NCBI GenBank assembly: GCA_964016885.1 | Contig: OZ024741.1 | Location: 410,564,001-410,628,000, forward strand | From: Eledone cirrhosa | Taxonomy: Eukaryota | DNA: 64,000 nt | Direction of reading: 5' to 3' | Made by a program: the position numbers and the translations under genes | Part shown: one piece after another, positions 14,600 to 30,470 of the stretch | Position numbering within the stretch: the first letter of the stretch is position 1 | How the letters are laid out: each line of letters begins with the position of its first letter | The notes under the pieces: model-generated | Told to the model about the DNA's origin: nothing | The model's database searches: none | Seen by the model: only the letters and a program-made list of their open reading frames with translations

Positions 14600-17500
14600 C
14601 TGTAAATTAAATCACCAGCAACTACTGTCTCTGAGGAGCCTCTATTTCTGTAAATTAAATCGCCATCAACTACTGTCTTTAAGCAACCTCCACATCTAAT
14701 AATTAAATCACCAGCAACTACTGTCTCTGAGCAACATCTACTTCTGTAAATTAAATCACCAGCAACTACTCTCTCTAAGCAACCCTCCACCTCTTCTAAT
14801 TAAATCACCAGCAACTACTGTCTCTGAGGAGCCTCTACTTCTGTAAATTAAATCACCAGCAACTACTGTCTATGAGGAGCCTAAACTTCTGTAAATTAAA
14901 TCACCGGCAACTACTGTCTCTAAGCAACCTCCACTTCTACTAATTAAAATCACCAGCAACTAATGTCTCCGAGCAACCTCCACCTCTACTAATTAAATCA
15001 CTAGCAACTACCGTCTCTGAGCAACCTCTACTTCTGTAAATTAAATCGCCAGCAACTACTGTCTCTAAGCAAACTACACCTCTTCTAACGAAATCACCAG
15101 CAACTACTGTCTTTGAGCAACCTATACTTCTGTAAATTAAATCACCAGCAACTACTGCATTTAAGCAACCTGTACTTCTGTAAATTAAATCACCAGCAAC
15201 TACTGTCTCTGAGGAGCCTCTACTTCTGTAAATTAAATCACCGGCAACTACTGTCTCTAAGTAACCTATCCTCCTGTAAATTAAATCACCAGCAACTATT
15301 GTCTCTGAGCAACCTCTACTTCTGTAAATTAAATCACCAGCAACTACTGTCTCTGAGCAACATCTACTTCTGTAAATTAAATCACCAGCAACTACTGTCT
15401 CCGAGGAGCCTCTATCTCTGTAAATTAAATCACCATCAACTACTGTCTCTAAGCAACATCCACATCTACTAATTAAATCACCAGCAACTACTGTCTCTGA
15501 GGAACCTCTATTTCTGTAAATTAAATCACCAGCAACTACTGTCTCTAAGCAACCTCCACCTTTACTAATTAAATCACCAGCAAACACTGTCTCTAAGCAA
15601 GCCCCTTCCTTTACTAATTAAATCACCAGCAACTACTGTCTCTAAGCAACCCCCAACTTTACTAATTAAATCACCAGCATCTACTGTCTCTGTGCAATCT
15701 CCAACTCTTCTAATTAAATCACCAGTAACTACTGTCTCTGAGCAACCTCCACCTCTTCTAATTAAATCACCAGGAACTACTGTCCCTGAGGAGCCTCTAC
15801 TTCTTTAAATTAAATCACCAGCAACTACTGTCTCTGAGCAACCTCCACCTCTACTAATTAAATCACCAGCAACTACCGTCTCTCAGCAACCTCTACTTCT
15901 GTAAATTAAATCACCTGCAACTACTGTCTATAAGCAACCTACACCATTTCTAATTAAATCACCAGCAACTACTGTCTTTGACCAACCTCTACTTCTGTAA
16001 ATTAAATTACAAGCAACTACTGTCTCTGAGCAACATCTACTTCTATAAATTAAATCACCAGCAACTACTGTCTCTGAGCAACATCTACTTCTGTAAATTA
16101 AATCACCAGCAACTACTGTCTCTGGGGAGCCACTATTTCTGTAAATTAAATCACCAGCAACTAGTGTCTCTGAGGAGCCTTTATTTCTGTAAATTAAATC
16201 ACCAGCAACTACTGTCTCTAAGCAACCTCCACCTCTACTAATTAAATCACCAGCAACTACTGTCTCTAAGCAAACCCCACCTTTACTAATTAAATCACCA
16301 GCAACTACTGTCTCTAAGAAACCTCCACCTCTTCTAATTAAAATCACCAGCAACTACTCTCTCTGAGCAACCTCCACCTCTACTAATTAAATCACCAGCA
16401 ACTACTGTCTCTGAGGAACCTCTACTTCCGTAAATCAAATTACCAGCAACTACTGTCTCTGAGCAACATCTACTTCTATAAATTAAATCACCAGCAACTA
16501 CTGCCACTGAGCAACCTCTACTTCTGTAAATTAAATCACCAGCAACTAGTCTGTGAGGAGCCTTCTACTTCTGTAAATTAAATCACCAGCAACTACTGTC
16601 TCTAAACAACCTCTACTTCTGTAAATTAAATCACCTGCAACTACTGTCTATAAGCAACCTACACCTTTTCTAATTAAATCACCAGCAACTACTGTCTTTG
16701 ACCAACCTCTACTTCTGTAAATTAAATTACAAGCAACTACTGTCTCTGACCAAACTCTACTTCTGTAAATTAAATCACCAGCAACTACTGTCTCTGAGGA
16801 GCCACTATTTCTGTAAATTAAATCACCAGCAACTACTGTCTCTGAGGAGCCTTTATTTCTGTAAATTAAATCACCAGCAACTACTGTCTCTAAGCAACCT
16901 CCACCTCTACTAATTAAATCACCAGCAACTACTGTCTCTAAGCAACCCCCACCTTTACTAATTAAATCACCAGTAACTACTGTCTCTGAGGAGCCTCTAT
17001 TTCTGTAAATTAAATCGCCATCAACTACTGTCTTTAAGCAACCTCCACATCTAATAATTAAATCACCAGCAACTACTGTCTCTGAGCAACATCTACTTCT
17101 GTAAATTAAATCACCAGCAACTACTCTCTCTAAGCAACCCTCCACCTCTTCTAATTAAATCACCAGCAACTACTGTCTCTGAGGAGCCTCTACTTCTGTA
17201 AATTAAATCACCAGCAACTACTGTCTATGAGGAGCCTAAACTTCTGTAAATTAAATCACCGGCAACTACTGTCTCTAAGCAACCTCCACTTCTACTAATT
17301 AAAATCACCAGCAACTAATGTCTCCGAGCAACCTCCACCTCTACTAATTAAATCACTAGCAACTACCGTCTCTGAGCAACCTCTACTTCTGTAAATTAAA
17401 TCGCCAGCAACTACTGTCTCTAAGCAAACTACACCTCTTCTAACGAAATCACCAGCAACTACTGTCTTTGAGCAACCTATACTTCTGTAAATTAAATCAC

Positions 17501-20500
17501 CAGCAACTACTGCATTTAAGCAACCTCTACTTCTGTAAATTAAATCACCAGCAACTACTGTCTCTGAGGAGCCTCTACTTCTGTAAATTAAATCACCGGC
17601 AAATACTGTCTCTAAGTAACCTATCCTTCTGTAAATTAAATCACCAGCAACTATTGTCTCTGAGCAACCTCTACTTCTGTAAATTAAATCACCAGCAACT
17701 ACTGTCTCTGAGCAACATCTACTTCTGTAAATTAAATCACAAGCAACTACTGTCTCCGAGGAGCCTCTATCTCTGTAAATTAAATCACCATCAACTACTG
17801 TCTCTAAGCAACATCCACATCTACTAATTAAATCACCAGCAACTACTGTCTCTGAGGAACCTCTATTTCTGTAAATTAAATCACCAGCAACTACTGTCTC
17901 TAAGCAACCTCCACCTTTACTAATTAAATCACCAGCAAACACTGTCTCTAAGCAAGCCCCTTCCTTTACTAATTAAATCACCAGCAACTACTGTCTCTAA
18001 GCAACCCCCAACTTTACTAATTAAATCACCAGCATCTACTGTCTCTGTGCAATCTCCAACTCTTCTAATTAAATCACCAGTAACTACTGTCTCTGAGCAA
18101 CCTCCACCTCTTCTAATTAAATCACCAGGAACTACTGTCCCTGAGGAGCCTCTACTTCTTTAAATTAAATCACCAGCAACTACTGTCTCTGAGCAACCTC
18201 CACCTCTACTAATTAAATCACCAGCAACTACCGTCTCTCAGCAACCTCTACTTCTGTAAATTAAATCACCTGCAACTACTGTCTATAAGCAACCTACACC
18301 ATTTCTAATTAAATCACCAGCAACTACTGTCTTTGACCAACCTCTACTTCTGTAAATTAAATTACAAGCAACTACTGTCTCTGAGCAACATCTACTTCTA
18401 TAAATTAAATTACCAGCAACTACTGCCTCTGAGCAACCTCTACTTCTGTAAATTAAATCACCAGCAACTACTGTCTCTGGGGAGCCACTATTTCTGTAAA
18501 TTAAATCACCAGCAACTAGTGTCTCTGAGGAGCCTTTATTTCTGTAAATTAAATCACCAGCAACTACTGTCTCTAAGCAACCTCCACCTCTACTAATTAA
18601 ATCACCAGCAACTACTGTCTCTAAGCAAACCCCACCTTTACTAATTAAATCACCAGCAACTACTGTCTCTAAGAAACCTCCACCTCTTCTAATTAAAATC
18701 ACCAGCAACTACTCTCTCTGAGCAACCTCCACCTCTACTAATTAAATCACCAGCAACTACTGTCTCTGAGGAACCTCTACTTCCGTAAATCAAATTACCA
18801 GCAACTACTGTCTCTGAGCAACATCTACTTCTATAAATTAAATCACCAGCAACTACTGCCTCTGAGCAACCTCTACTTCTGTAAATTAAATCACCAGCAA
18901 CTAGTCTGTGAGGAGCCTTCTACTTCTGTAAATTAAATCACCAGCAACTACTGTCTCTAAACAACCTCTACTTCTGTAAATTAAATCACCTGCAACTACT
19001 GTCTATAAGCAACCTACACCTTTTCTAATTAAATCACCAGCAACTACTGTCTTTGACCAACCTCTACTTCTGTAAATTAAATTACAAGCAACTACTGTCT
19101 CTGACCAAACTCTACTTCTGTAAATTAAATCACCAGCAACTACTGTCTCTGAGGAGCCACTATTTCTGTAAATTAAATCACCAGCAACTACTGTCTCTGA
19201 GGAGCCTTTATTTCTGTAAATTAAATCACCAGCAACTACTGTCTCTAAGCAACCTCCACCTCTACTAATTAAATCACCAGCAACTACTGTCTCTAAGCAA
19301 CCCCCACCTTTACTAATTAAATCACCAGTAACTACTGTCTCTGAGGAGCCTCTATTTCTGTAAATTAAATCGCCATCAACTACTGTCTTTAAGCAACCTC
19401 CACATCTAATAATTAAATCACCAGCAACTACTGTCTCTGAGCAACATCTACTTCTGTAAATTAAATCACCAGCAACTACTGTCTCTAAGCAACCTCCACC
19501 TCTACTAATTAAATCACCAGCAACTACTCTCTCTAAGCAACCCTCCACCTCTTCTAATTAAATCACCAGCAACTACTGTCTCTGAGGAGCCTCTACTTCT
19601 GTAAATTAAATCACCAGCAACTACTGTCTATGAGGAGCCTAAACTTCTGTAAATTAAATCACCGGCAACTACTGTCTCTAAGCAACCTCCACTTCTACTA
19701 ATTAAAATCACCAGCAACTAATGTCTCCGAGCAACCTCCACCTCTACTAATTAAATCACTAGCAACTACCGTCTCTGAGCAACCTCTACTTCTGTAAATT
19801 AAATCGCCAGCAACTACTGTCTCTAAGCAAACTACACCTCTTCTAACGAAATCACCAGCAACTACTGTCTTTGAGCAACCTATACTTCTGTAAATTAAAT
19901 CACCAGCAACTACTGCATTTAAGCAACCTCTACTTCTGTAAATTAAATCACCAGCAACTACTGTCTCTGAGGAGCCTCTACTTCTGTAAATTAAATCACC
20001 GGCAACTACTGTCTCTAAGTAACCTATCCTTCTGTAAATTAAATCACCAGCAACTATTGTCTCTGAGCAACCTCTACTTCTGTAAATTAAATCACCAGCA
20101 ACTACTGTCTCTGAGCAACATCTACTTCTGTAAATTAAATCACCAGCAACTACTGTCTCCGAGGAGCCTCTATCTCTGTAAATTAAATCACCATCAACTA
20201 CTGTCTCTAAGCAACATCCACATCTACTAATTAAATCACCAGCAACTACTGTCTCTGAGGAACCTCTATTTCTGTAAATTAAATCACCAGCAACTACTGT
20301 CTCTAAGCAACCTCCACCTTTACTAATTAAATCACCAGCAAACACTGTCTCTAAGTAAGCCCCTTCCTTTACTAATTAAATCACCAGCAACTACTGTCTC
20401 TAAGCAACCCCCAACTTTACTAATTAAATCACCAGCATCTACTGTCTCTGTGCAATCTCCAACTCTTCTAATTAAATCACCAGTAACTACTGTCTCTGAG

Positions 20501-21700
20501 CAACCTCCACCTCTTCTAATTAAATCACCAGGAACTACTGTCCCTGAGGAGCCTCTACTTCTTTAAATTAAATCGACAGCAACTACTGTCTCTGAGCAAC
20601 CTCCACCTCTACTAATTAAATCACCAGCAACTACCGTCTCTCAGCAACCTCTACTTCTGTAAATTAAATCACCTGCAACTACTGTCTATAAGCAACCTAC
20701 ACCATTTCTAATTAAATCACCAGCAACTACTGTCTTTGACCAACCTCTACTTCTGTAAATTAAATTACAAGCAACTACTGTCTCTGAGCAACATCTACTT
20801 CTATAAATTAAATCACCAGCAACTACTGCCTCTGAGCAACCTCTACTTCTGTAAATTAAATCACCAGCAACTACTGTCTCTGAGGAGCCACTATTTCTGT
20901 AAATTAAATCACCAGCAACTAGTGTCTCTGAGGAGCCTTTATTTCTGTAAATTAAATCACCAGCAACTACTGTCTCTAAGCAACCTCCACCTCTACTAAT
21001 TAAATCACCAGCAACTACTGTCTCTAAGCAAACCCCACCTTTACTAATTAAATCACCAGCAACTACTGTCTCTAAGAAACCTCCACCTCTTCTAATTAAA
21101 ATCACCAGCAACTACTCTCTCTGAGCAACCTCCACCTCTACTAATTAAATCACCAGCAACTACTGTCTCTGAGGAACCTCTACTTCCGTAAATCAAATTA
21201 CCAGCAACTACTGTCTCTGAGCAACATCTACTTCTATAAATTAAATCACCAGCAACTACTGCCTCTGAGCAACCTCTACTTCTGTAAATTAAATCACCAG
21301 CAACTAGTCTGTGAGGAGCCTTCTACTTCTGTAAATTAAATCACCAGCAACTACTGTCTCTAAGCAACCTCTACTTCTGTAAATTAAATCACCTGCAACT
21401 ACTGTCTATAAGCAACCTACACCTTTTCTAATTAAATCACCAGCAACTACTGTCTTTGACCAACCTCTACTTCTGTAAATTAAATTACAAGCAACTACTG
21501 TCTCTGACCAAACTCTACTTCTGTAAATTAAATCACCAGCAACTACTGTCTCTGAGGAGCCACTATTTCTGTAAATTAAATCACCAGCAACTACTGTCTC
21601 TGAGGAGCCTTTATTTCTGTAAATTAAATCACCAGCAACTACTGTCTCTAAGCAACCTCCACCTCTACTAATTAAATCACCAGCAACTACTGTCTCTAAG
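14600..21700. repeat. HOR domain, periods 2355 and 2403 bp (49 and 50 monomers), ~3 copies
   Basis: Near-identical blocks at 14940/17295/19698, 15113/17468/19871 and 15928/18283/20686. The two periods differ by exactly one 48-bp monomer. Boundaries approximate. Confidence 0.92.
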
Positions 21701-23499
21701 CAACCCCCACCTTTACTAATTAAATCACCAGCAACTACTGTCTCTAAGAAACCTCCACCTCTTCTAATTAAAATCACCAGCAACTACTGTCTCTGAGCAA
21801 ACTCCACCTCTACTAATTAAATCACCAGCAACTACTGTCTCTGAGGAACCTCTACTTCCGTAAATCAAATTAGCAGCAACTACTGTCTCTGAGCAACCTC
21901 TACTTCTATAAATTGAATCACCAGCAACTACTGCCACTGAGCAACCTCTACTTCTGTAAATTAAATCACCAGCAACTAGTCTGTGAGGAGCCTTCTACTT
22001 CTGTAAATTAAATCACCAGCAACTACTGTCTCTAAGCAACCTCCACCTCTTCTAATTAAATCAGCATTAACTACTATCTCTGAGCAACCTCTACTTTTGT
22101 AAATTAAATCCCCGGCAACTACTGTCTCTGAGCAACCTCTACTTCTGTAAATTAAATCACCAGCAACTGCTGTCTCTAAGCAGCCTCCACTACTTCAATT
22201 TAAATCAACAGCAACTACTGTCTCTAAGCAACATCCACCCCTTATAATTAAATCACCAGCAATTACTGTCTCTGACCAACCTCTACTTCTGTAAATTAAA
22301 TCACTAGCATCTACTGTCTCTGAGCAACCTATACTTCTGTAAATTAAATCACCAACAACTACAGTCTCGGAGCAATCTCCACCTCTAATAATTAAGTAAC
22401 CAGCAACTACTGTCTCTGAGCAACCTCTACTTCTGTAAATTAAATCACCAGCAACTACTGTCTCTAAGCAACCTCCACCTTTACTAATTAAATTACCAGC
22501 AAACACTGTCTCTAAGCAAGCCCCTTCCTTTACTAATTAAATCACCAGCAACTACTGTCTCTAAGCAACCCCCAACCTTACTAATTAAATCACCAGCATC
22601 TACTGTCTCTGTGCAATCTCCACCTCTTCTAATTAAATCACCAGTAACTACTGTCTCTGAGCAACCTCCACCTCTTCTAATTAAATCACCAGCAACTACT
22701 GTCTCTGAGGAGCCTCTACTTCTTTTAATTAAATCACCAGCAACTACTGTCTCTGAGGAGCCTCTACTTCTTTAAATTAAATCACCAGCAACTACTGCCT
22801 CTGAGCAACCTCTACTTCTGTAAATTAAATCACCAGCAACTAGTCTCTGAGGAGCCTCTAATTCTGTAAATTAATTCACCAGCAACTACTGTCTCTAAGC
22901 AACCTCCAACTCTACTAATTAAATCACCAGCAACTACTGTCACTGAGCAACGTCTACTTCTGTAAATTAAATCACCAGCAACTCCTGTCTCTGAGCAACC
23001 TCCACCTCTACTAATTAAATCACCAGCAACTACTGTCTCTCAGGAACCTCTACTTCTGAAAATTAAATCACCTGCAACTACTGTCTATAAGCAACCTACA
23101 CCATTTCTAATTAAATCACCAGCAACTACTGTCTTTGACCAAGCTCTACTTCTGTAAATTAAATCACCAGCAACTACTGTCTCTGAGGAGCCACTATTTC
23201 TGTAAATTAAATCACCAGCAACTACTGTCTCTGAGGAGCCTTTATTTCTGTAAATTAAATCACCAGCAACTACTGTCTCTAAGCAACCTCCACCTCTACT
23301 AATTAAATCACCTGCAACAACTGTCTTTAAGCAAACCCCACCTTTACTAATTAAATCACCAGCAACTACTGTCTCTAAGCAACCTCCACCTCTACTAATT
23401 AAAATCACCAGCAACTACTGTCTCTGAGCAGCCTCCACCTCTACTAATTAAATCACCAGCAACTACTGTCTCTGAGGAACCTCTACTTCTGTAAATTAA

Positions 23500-26400
23500 A
23501 TCACCAGCAACTACTGTCTCTGAGCAACCTCTACTTCTATAAATTAAATCACCAGCAACTACTGCCTCTGAGCAACCTCTACTTCTGTAAATTAAATCAC
23601 CAGCAACTAGTCTGTGAGGAGCCTTCTACTTCTGTGAATTAAATCACCAGCAACTACTGTCTCTAAGCAACCTCCACCTCTTCTAATTAAATCAGCATCA
23701 ACTACTATCTCTAAGCAACCTATCCTTCTGTAAATTAAATCACCAGCAACTACTGTCTCTGAGCAACCTCTACTTCTGTAAATTAAATCACCAGCAACTA
23801 CTGTCTCTGAGGAGCCTCTATTTCTGTAAATTAAATCACCATCAACTACTGTCTTTAAGCAACCTCCACCTCTAATAATTAAATCACCAGCAACTACTGT
23901 CTCTGAGCAACATCTACTTCTGTAAATTAAATCACCAGCAACTACTGTCTCTAAGCAACCCTCCACCTCTTCTAATTAAATCACCAGCAACTACTGTCTC
24001 TGAGGAGCCTCTACTTCTGTAAATTAAATCACCAGCAACTACTGTCTATGAGGAGCCTAAACTTCTGTAAATTAAATCACCGGCAACTACTGTCTCTAAG
24101 CAACCTCCACCTCTACTAATTAAAATCACCAGCAACTAATGTCTCCGAGCAACCTGCACCTCTACTAATTAAATCACCAGCAACTACCGTCTCTGAGCAA
24201 CCTATACTTCTGTAAATTAAATCACCAGCAACTACTGCCTTTAAGCAACCTCTACTTCTGTAAATTAAATCACCAGCAACTACTGTCTCTGAGGAGCCTC
24301 TACTTCTGTAAATTAAATCACCGGCAACTACTGTCTCTAAGCAACCTATCCTTCTGTAAATTAAATCACCAGCAACTATTGTCTCTGAGCAACCTCTACT
24401 TCTGTAAATTAAATCACCAGCAACTATTGTCTCTGAGCAACCTATACTTCTGTAAATTAAACCACTAGCAACTACTGTCTCTGAGCAACCTATACTTCTG
24501 TAAATTAAATCACCAACAACTACTGTCTCTGAGCAACCTCTACTTCTGTAAATTAAATCACCAGCAACTACTGTCTCTAAGCAACCCTCCACCTCTTCTA
24601 ATTAAATCACCAGCAACTACTGTCTCTGAGGAGCCTCTACTTCTGTAAATTAAATCACCAGCAACTACTGTCTCTGAGCAACCTCCACCTCTACTAATTA
24701 AATCACCAGCAACTACCGTCTCTGATCAACCTCTACTTCTGTAAATTAAATCACCATCCACTACTGTCTCTAAGCAAACTACACCTCTTCTAACGAAATC
24801 ACCAGCAACTACTGTCTTTGAGCAACCTCTACTTCTGTAAATTAAATTACCAGCAACTACTGTCTCTGAGCAACCTATACTTCTGTAAATTAAATCACCA
24901 GCAACTACTGTCTATAAGCAACCTCTACTTCTGTAAATGAAATCACCAGCAACTACTGCCTCTGAGCAACCTCTACTTCTGTAAATTAAATCACCAGCAA
25001 CTAGTCTCTGAGGAGCCTCTACGTCTGTAAATTAAATCACCAGCAACTACTGTCTCTAAGCAACCTCCAACTCTACTAATTAAATCACCAGCAACTACTG
25101 TCTCTGAGCAACGTCTACTTCTGTAAATTGAATCACCAGCAACTACTGTCTCTGAGCAACATCCACCTCTACTAATTAAATCACCAGCAACTACTGTCTC
25201 TCAGCAACCTCTACTTCTGTAAATTAAATCACCTGCAACTACTGTCTATAAGCAACCTACACGATTTCTAATTAAATCACCAGCAACTACTGTCTTTGAC
25301 CAACCTCTACTTCTGTAAATTAAATTACAAGCAACTACTGTCTCTGACCAAACTCTACTTCTGTAAATTAAATCACCAGCAATACTGTCTCTGAGGAGCC
25401 ACTATTTCTGTAAATTAAATCACCAGCAACTACTGTCTCTGAGGAGCCTTTATTTCTGTAAATTAAATCACCAGCAACTACTGTCTCTAAGCAACCTCCA
25501 CCTCTACTAATTAAATCACCAGCGACTACTGTCTCTAAGCAACCCCCACCTTTACTAATTAAATCACCAGCAACTACTGTCTCTAAGCAACCTCCACCTC
25601 TACTAATTAAAATCACCAGCAACTACTGTCTCTGAGCAACCTCCACCTCTACTAATTAAATCACCAGCAACTACTGTCTCTGAGGAACCTCTACTTCCGT
25701 AAATCAAATTACAGCAACTACTGTCTCTGAGCAACCTCTACTTCTATAAATTAAATCACCAGCAACTACTGCCTCTGAGCAACCTCTACTTCTGTAAATT
25801 AAATCACCAGCAACTAGTCTGTGAGGAGCCTTCTACTTCTGTAAATTAAATCACCAGCAACCACTGTCTCTAAGCAACCTCCACGTCTTCAAATTAAATC
25901 ACCAGCAACTACTGTCTCTAAGCAACCTCCACCTCTTCTAATTAAATCAGCATTAACTACTGTCTCTGAGCAACCTCTACTTCTGTAAATTAAATCACCG
26001 GCAACTACTGTCTCTAAGCAACCTATCCTTCTGTAAATTAAATCACCAGCAACTACTGTCTCTGAGCAACCTCTACTTCTGTAAATTAAATCACCAGCAA
26101 CTACTGTCTCTAAGAAACCTCCACCTCTTATAATTAAGTCACCAGTAACTACTGTCTCTAAGCAACCTCCAACGCTACTAATTAAATCACCAGCAACTAC
26201 TGTCTCTGAGCAACCTCTACTTCTGTAAATTAAATCACCAGCAACTACTGTCTCTAAGCAGCCTCCACTACTTCAATTTAAATCACCAGCAACTACTGTC
26301 TCTAAGCAACATCCACCTCTTATAATTAAATCACCAGCAATTACTTTCTCTGACCAACCTCTACTTCTGTAAATTAAATCACTAGCAACTACTGTCTCTG

Positions 26401-29400
26401 AGCAACCTATACTTCTGTAAATTAAATCGCCAACAACTACTGTCTCTGAGCAACCTCCACCTCTACTAATTAAGTAACCAGCAACTACTGTCTCTGAGCA
26501 ACCTCTACTTCTGTAAATTAAATTACCCGCAGCTACTTTCTCTAAGCAACCTCCACCTCTTCTAATTAAATCACCAGCAACTACTATCTCTGAGCAACCT
26601 CTACTTCTGTAAATTAAATTACCAGCAACTACTGTCTCTGAGGAGCCACTATTTCTGTAAATTAAATCACCAGCAACTACTGAATCTGAGGAGCCTTTAT
26701 TTCTGTAAATTAAATTACCAGCAACTACTGTCTCTAAGCAACCTCCACCTCTACTAATTAAATCACCAGCAACTACTGTCTCTAAGCAACCCCCACCTTT
26801 ACTAACTAAATCACCAGCACCTACTGTCTCTAAGCAACCTCCACCTCTACTAATTAATATCACCAGCAACTACTGTCTCTGAGCAACCTCCACCTCTACT
26901 AATTAAATCACCAGGAACTACTGCCTCTGAGCAACCTCTACTTCTGTAAATTAAATCACCAGCAACTAGTCTGTGAGGAGCCTTCTACTTCTGTGAATTA
27001 AATCACCAGCAACTACTGTCTCTAAGCAACCTCCACCTCTTCTAATTAAATCAGCATCAACTACTGTCTCTGAGCAACCTCTACTTCTGTAAATTAAATC
27101 ACCAGCAACTACCGTCTCTGAGGAGCCTCTACTTCTGTAATTTAAATCACCGGCAACTACTATCTCTAAGCAACCTATCCTTCTGTAAATTAAATCACCA
27201 GCAACTACTGTCTCTGAGCAACCTCTACTTCTGTAAATTAAATCACCAGCAACTACTGTCTCTGAGGAGCCTCTATTTCTGTAAATTAAATCACCATCAA
27301 CTACTGTCTTTAAGCAACCTCCACCTCTAATAATTAAATCACCAGCAACTACTGTCTCTGAGCAACATCTACTTCTGTAAATTAAATCACCAGCAACTAC
27401 TGTCTCTAAGCAACCCTCCACCTCTTCTAATTAAATCACCAGCAACTACTGTCTCTGAGGAGCCTCTACTTCTGTAAATTAAATCACCAGCAACTACTGT
27501 CTATGAGGAGCCTAAACTTCTGTAAATTAAATCACCGGCAACTACTGTCTCTAAGCAACCTCCACCTCTACTAATTAAAATCACCAGCAACTAATGTCTC
27601 CGAGCAACCTGCACCTCTACTAATTAAATCACCAGCAACTACCGTCTCTGAGCAACCTCTACTTCTGTAAATTAAATCGCCAGCAACTACTGTCTCTAAG
27701 CAAACTACACCTCTTCTGACGAAATCACCAGCAACTACTGTCTTTAAGCAACCTATACTTCTGTAAATTAAATCACCAGCAACTACTGCCTTTAAGCAAC
27801 CTCTACTTCTGTAAATTAAATCACCAGCAACTACTGTCTCTGAGGAGCCTCTACTTCTGTAAATTAAATCACCGGCAACTACTGTCTCTAAGCAACCTAT
27901 CCTTCTGTAAATTAAATCACCAGCAACTATTGTCTCTGAGCAACCTCTACTTCTGTAAATTAAATCACCAGCAACTATTGTCTCTGAGCAACCTATACTT
28001 CTGTAAATTAAACCACTAGCAACTACTGTCTCTGAGCAACCTATACTTCTGTAAATTAAATCACCAACAACTACTGTCTCTGAGCAACCTCTACTTCTGT
28101 AAATTAAATCACCAGCAACTACTGTCTCTAAGCAACCCTCCACCTCTTCTAATTAAATCACCAGCAACTACTGTCTCTGAGGAGCCTCTACTTCTGTAAA
28201 TTAAATCACCAGCAACTACTGTCTCTGAGCAACCTCCACCTCTACTAATTAAATCACCAGCAACTACCGTCTCTGATCAACCTCTACTTCTGTAAATTAA
28301 ATCACCATCCACTACTGTCTCTAAGCAAACTACACCTCTTCTAACGAAATCACCAGCAACTACTGTCTTTGAGCAACCTCTACTTCTGTAAATTAAATTA
28401 CCAGCAACTACTGTCTCTGAGCAACCTATACTTCTGTAAATTAAATCACCAGCAACTACTGTCTATAAGCAACCTCTACTTCTGTAAATGAAATCACCAG
28501 CAACTACTGCCTCTGAGCAACCTCTACTTCTGTAAATTAAATCACCAGCAACTAGTCTCTGAGGAGCCTCTACGTCTGTAAATTAAATCACCAGCAACTA
28601 CTGTCTCTAAGCAACCTCCAACTCTACTAATTAAATCACCAGCAACTACTGTCTCTGAGCAACGTCTACTTCTGTAAATTGAATCACCAGCAACTACTGT
28701 CTCTGAGCAACATCCACCTCTACTAATTAAATCACCAGCAACTACTGTCTCTCAGCAACCTCTACTTCTGTAAATTAAATCACCTGCAACTACTGTCTAT
28801 AAGCAACCTACACGATTTCTAATTAAATCACCAGCAACTACTGTCTTTGACCAACCTCTACTTCTGTAAATTAAATTACAAGCAACTACTGTCTCTGACC
28901 AAACTCTACTTCTGTAAATTAAATCACCAGCAATACTGTCTCTGAGGAGCCACTATTTCTGTAAATTAAATCACCAGCAACTACTGTCTCTGAGGAGCCT
29001 TTATTTCTGTAAATTAAATCACCAGCAACTACTGTCTCTAAGCAACCTCCACCTCTACTAATTAAATCACCAGCGACTACTGTCTCTAAGCAACCCCCAC
29101 CTTTACTAATTAAATCACCAGCAACTACTGTCTCTAAGCAACCTCCACCTCTACTAATTAAAATCACCAGCAACTACTGTCTCTGAGCAACCTCCACCTC
29201 TACTAATTAAATCACCAGCAACTACTGTCTCTGAGGAACCTCTACTTCCGTAAATCAAATTACAGCAACTACTGTCTCTGAGCAACCTCTACTTCTATAA
29301 ATTAAATCACCAGCAACTACTGCCTCTGAGCAACCTCTACTTCTGTAAATTAAATCACCAGCAACTAGTCTGTGAGGAGCCTTCTACTTCTGTAAATTAA

Positions 29401-30470
29401 ATCACCAGCAACCACTGTCTCTAAGCAACCTCCACGTCTTCAAATTAAATCACCAGCAACTACTGTCTCTAAGCAACCTCCACCTCTTCTAATTAAATCA
29501 GCATTAACTACTGTCTCTGAGCAACCTCTACTTCTGTAAATTAAATCACCGGCAACTACTGTCTCTAAGCAACCTATCCTTCTGTAAATTAAATCACCAG
29601 CAACTACTGTCTCTGAGCAACCTCTACTTCTGTAAATTAAATCACCAGCAACTACTGTCTCTAAGAAACCTCCACCTCTTATAATTAAGTCACCAGTAAC
29701 TACTGTCTCTAAGCAACCTCCAACGCTACTAATTAAATCACCAGCAACTACTGTCTCTGAGCAACCTCTACTTCTGTAAATTAAATCACCAGCAACTACT
29801 GTCTCTAAGCAGCCTCCACTACTTCAATTTAAATCACCAGCAACTACTGTCTCTAAGCAACATCCACCTCTTATAATTAAATCACCAGCAATTACTTTCT
29901 CTGACCAACCTCTACTTCTGTAAATTAAATCACTAGCAACTACTGTCTCTGAGCAACCTATACTTCTGTAAATTAAATCGCCAACAACTACTGTCTCTGA
30001 GCAACCTCCACCTCTACTAATTAAGTAACCAGCAACTACTGTCTCTGAGCAACCTCTACTTCTGTAAATTAAATTACCCGCAGCTACTGTCTCTAAGCAA
30101 CCTCCACCTCTTCTAATTAAATCACCAGCAACTACTATCTCTGAGCAACCTCTACTTCTGTAAATTAAATTACCAGCAACTACTGTCTCTGAGGAGCCAC
30201 TATTTCTGTAAATTAAATCACCAGCAACTACTGAATCTGAGGAGCCTTTATTTCTGTAAATTAAATTACCAGCAACTACTGTCTCTAAGCAACCTCCACC
30301 TCTACTAATTAAATCACCAGCAACTACTGTCTCTAAGCAACCCCCACCTTTACTAACTAAATCACCAGCACCTACTGTCTCTAAGCAACCTCCACCTCTA
30401 CTAATTAATATCACCAGCAACTACTGTCTCTGAGCAACCTCCACCTCTACTAATTAAATCACCAGGAACT
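23500..30470. repeat. HOR domain, period 3551 bp (~74 monomers), 2 copies
   Basis: Matching blocks at 25368/28919 and 26273/29824. The left part shows offsets of 3359 and 3455, i.e. whole-monomer indels. Boundaries approximate. Confidence 0.9.
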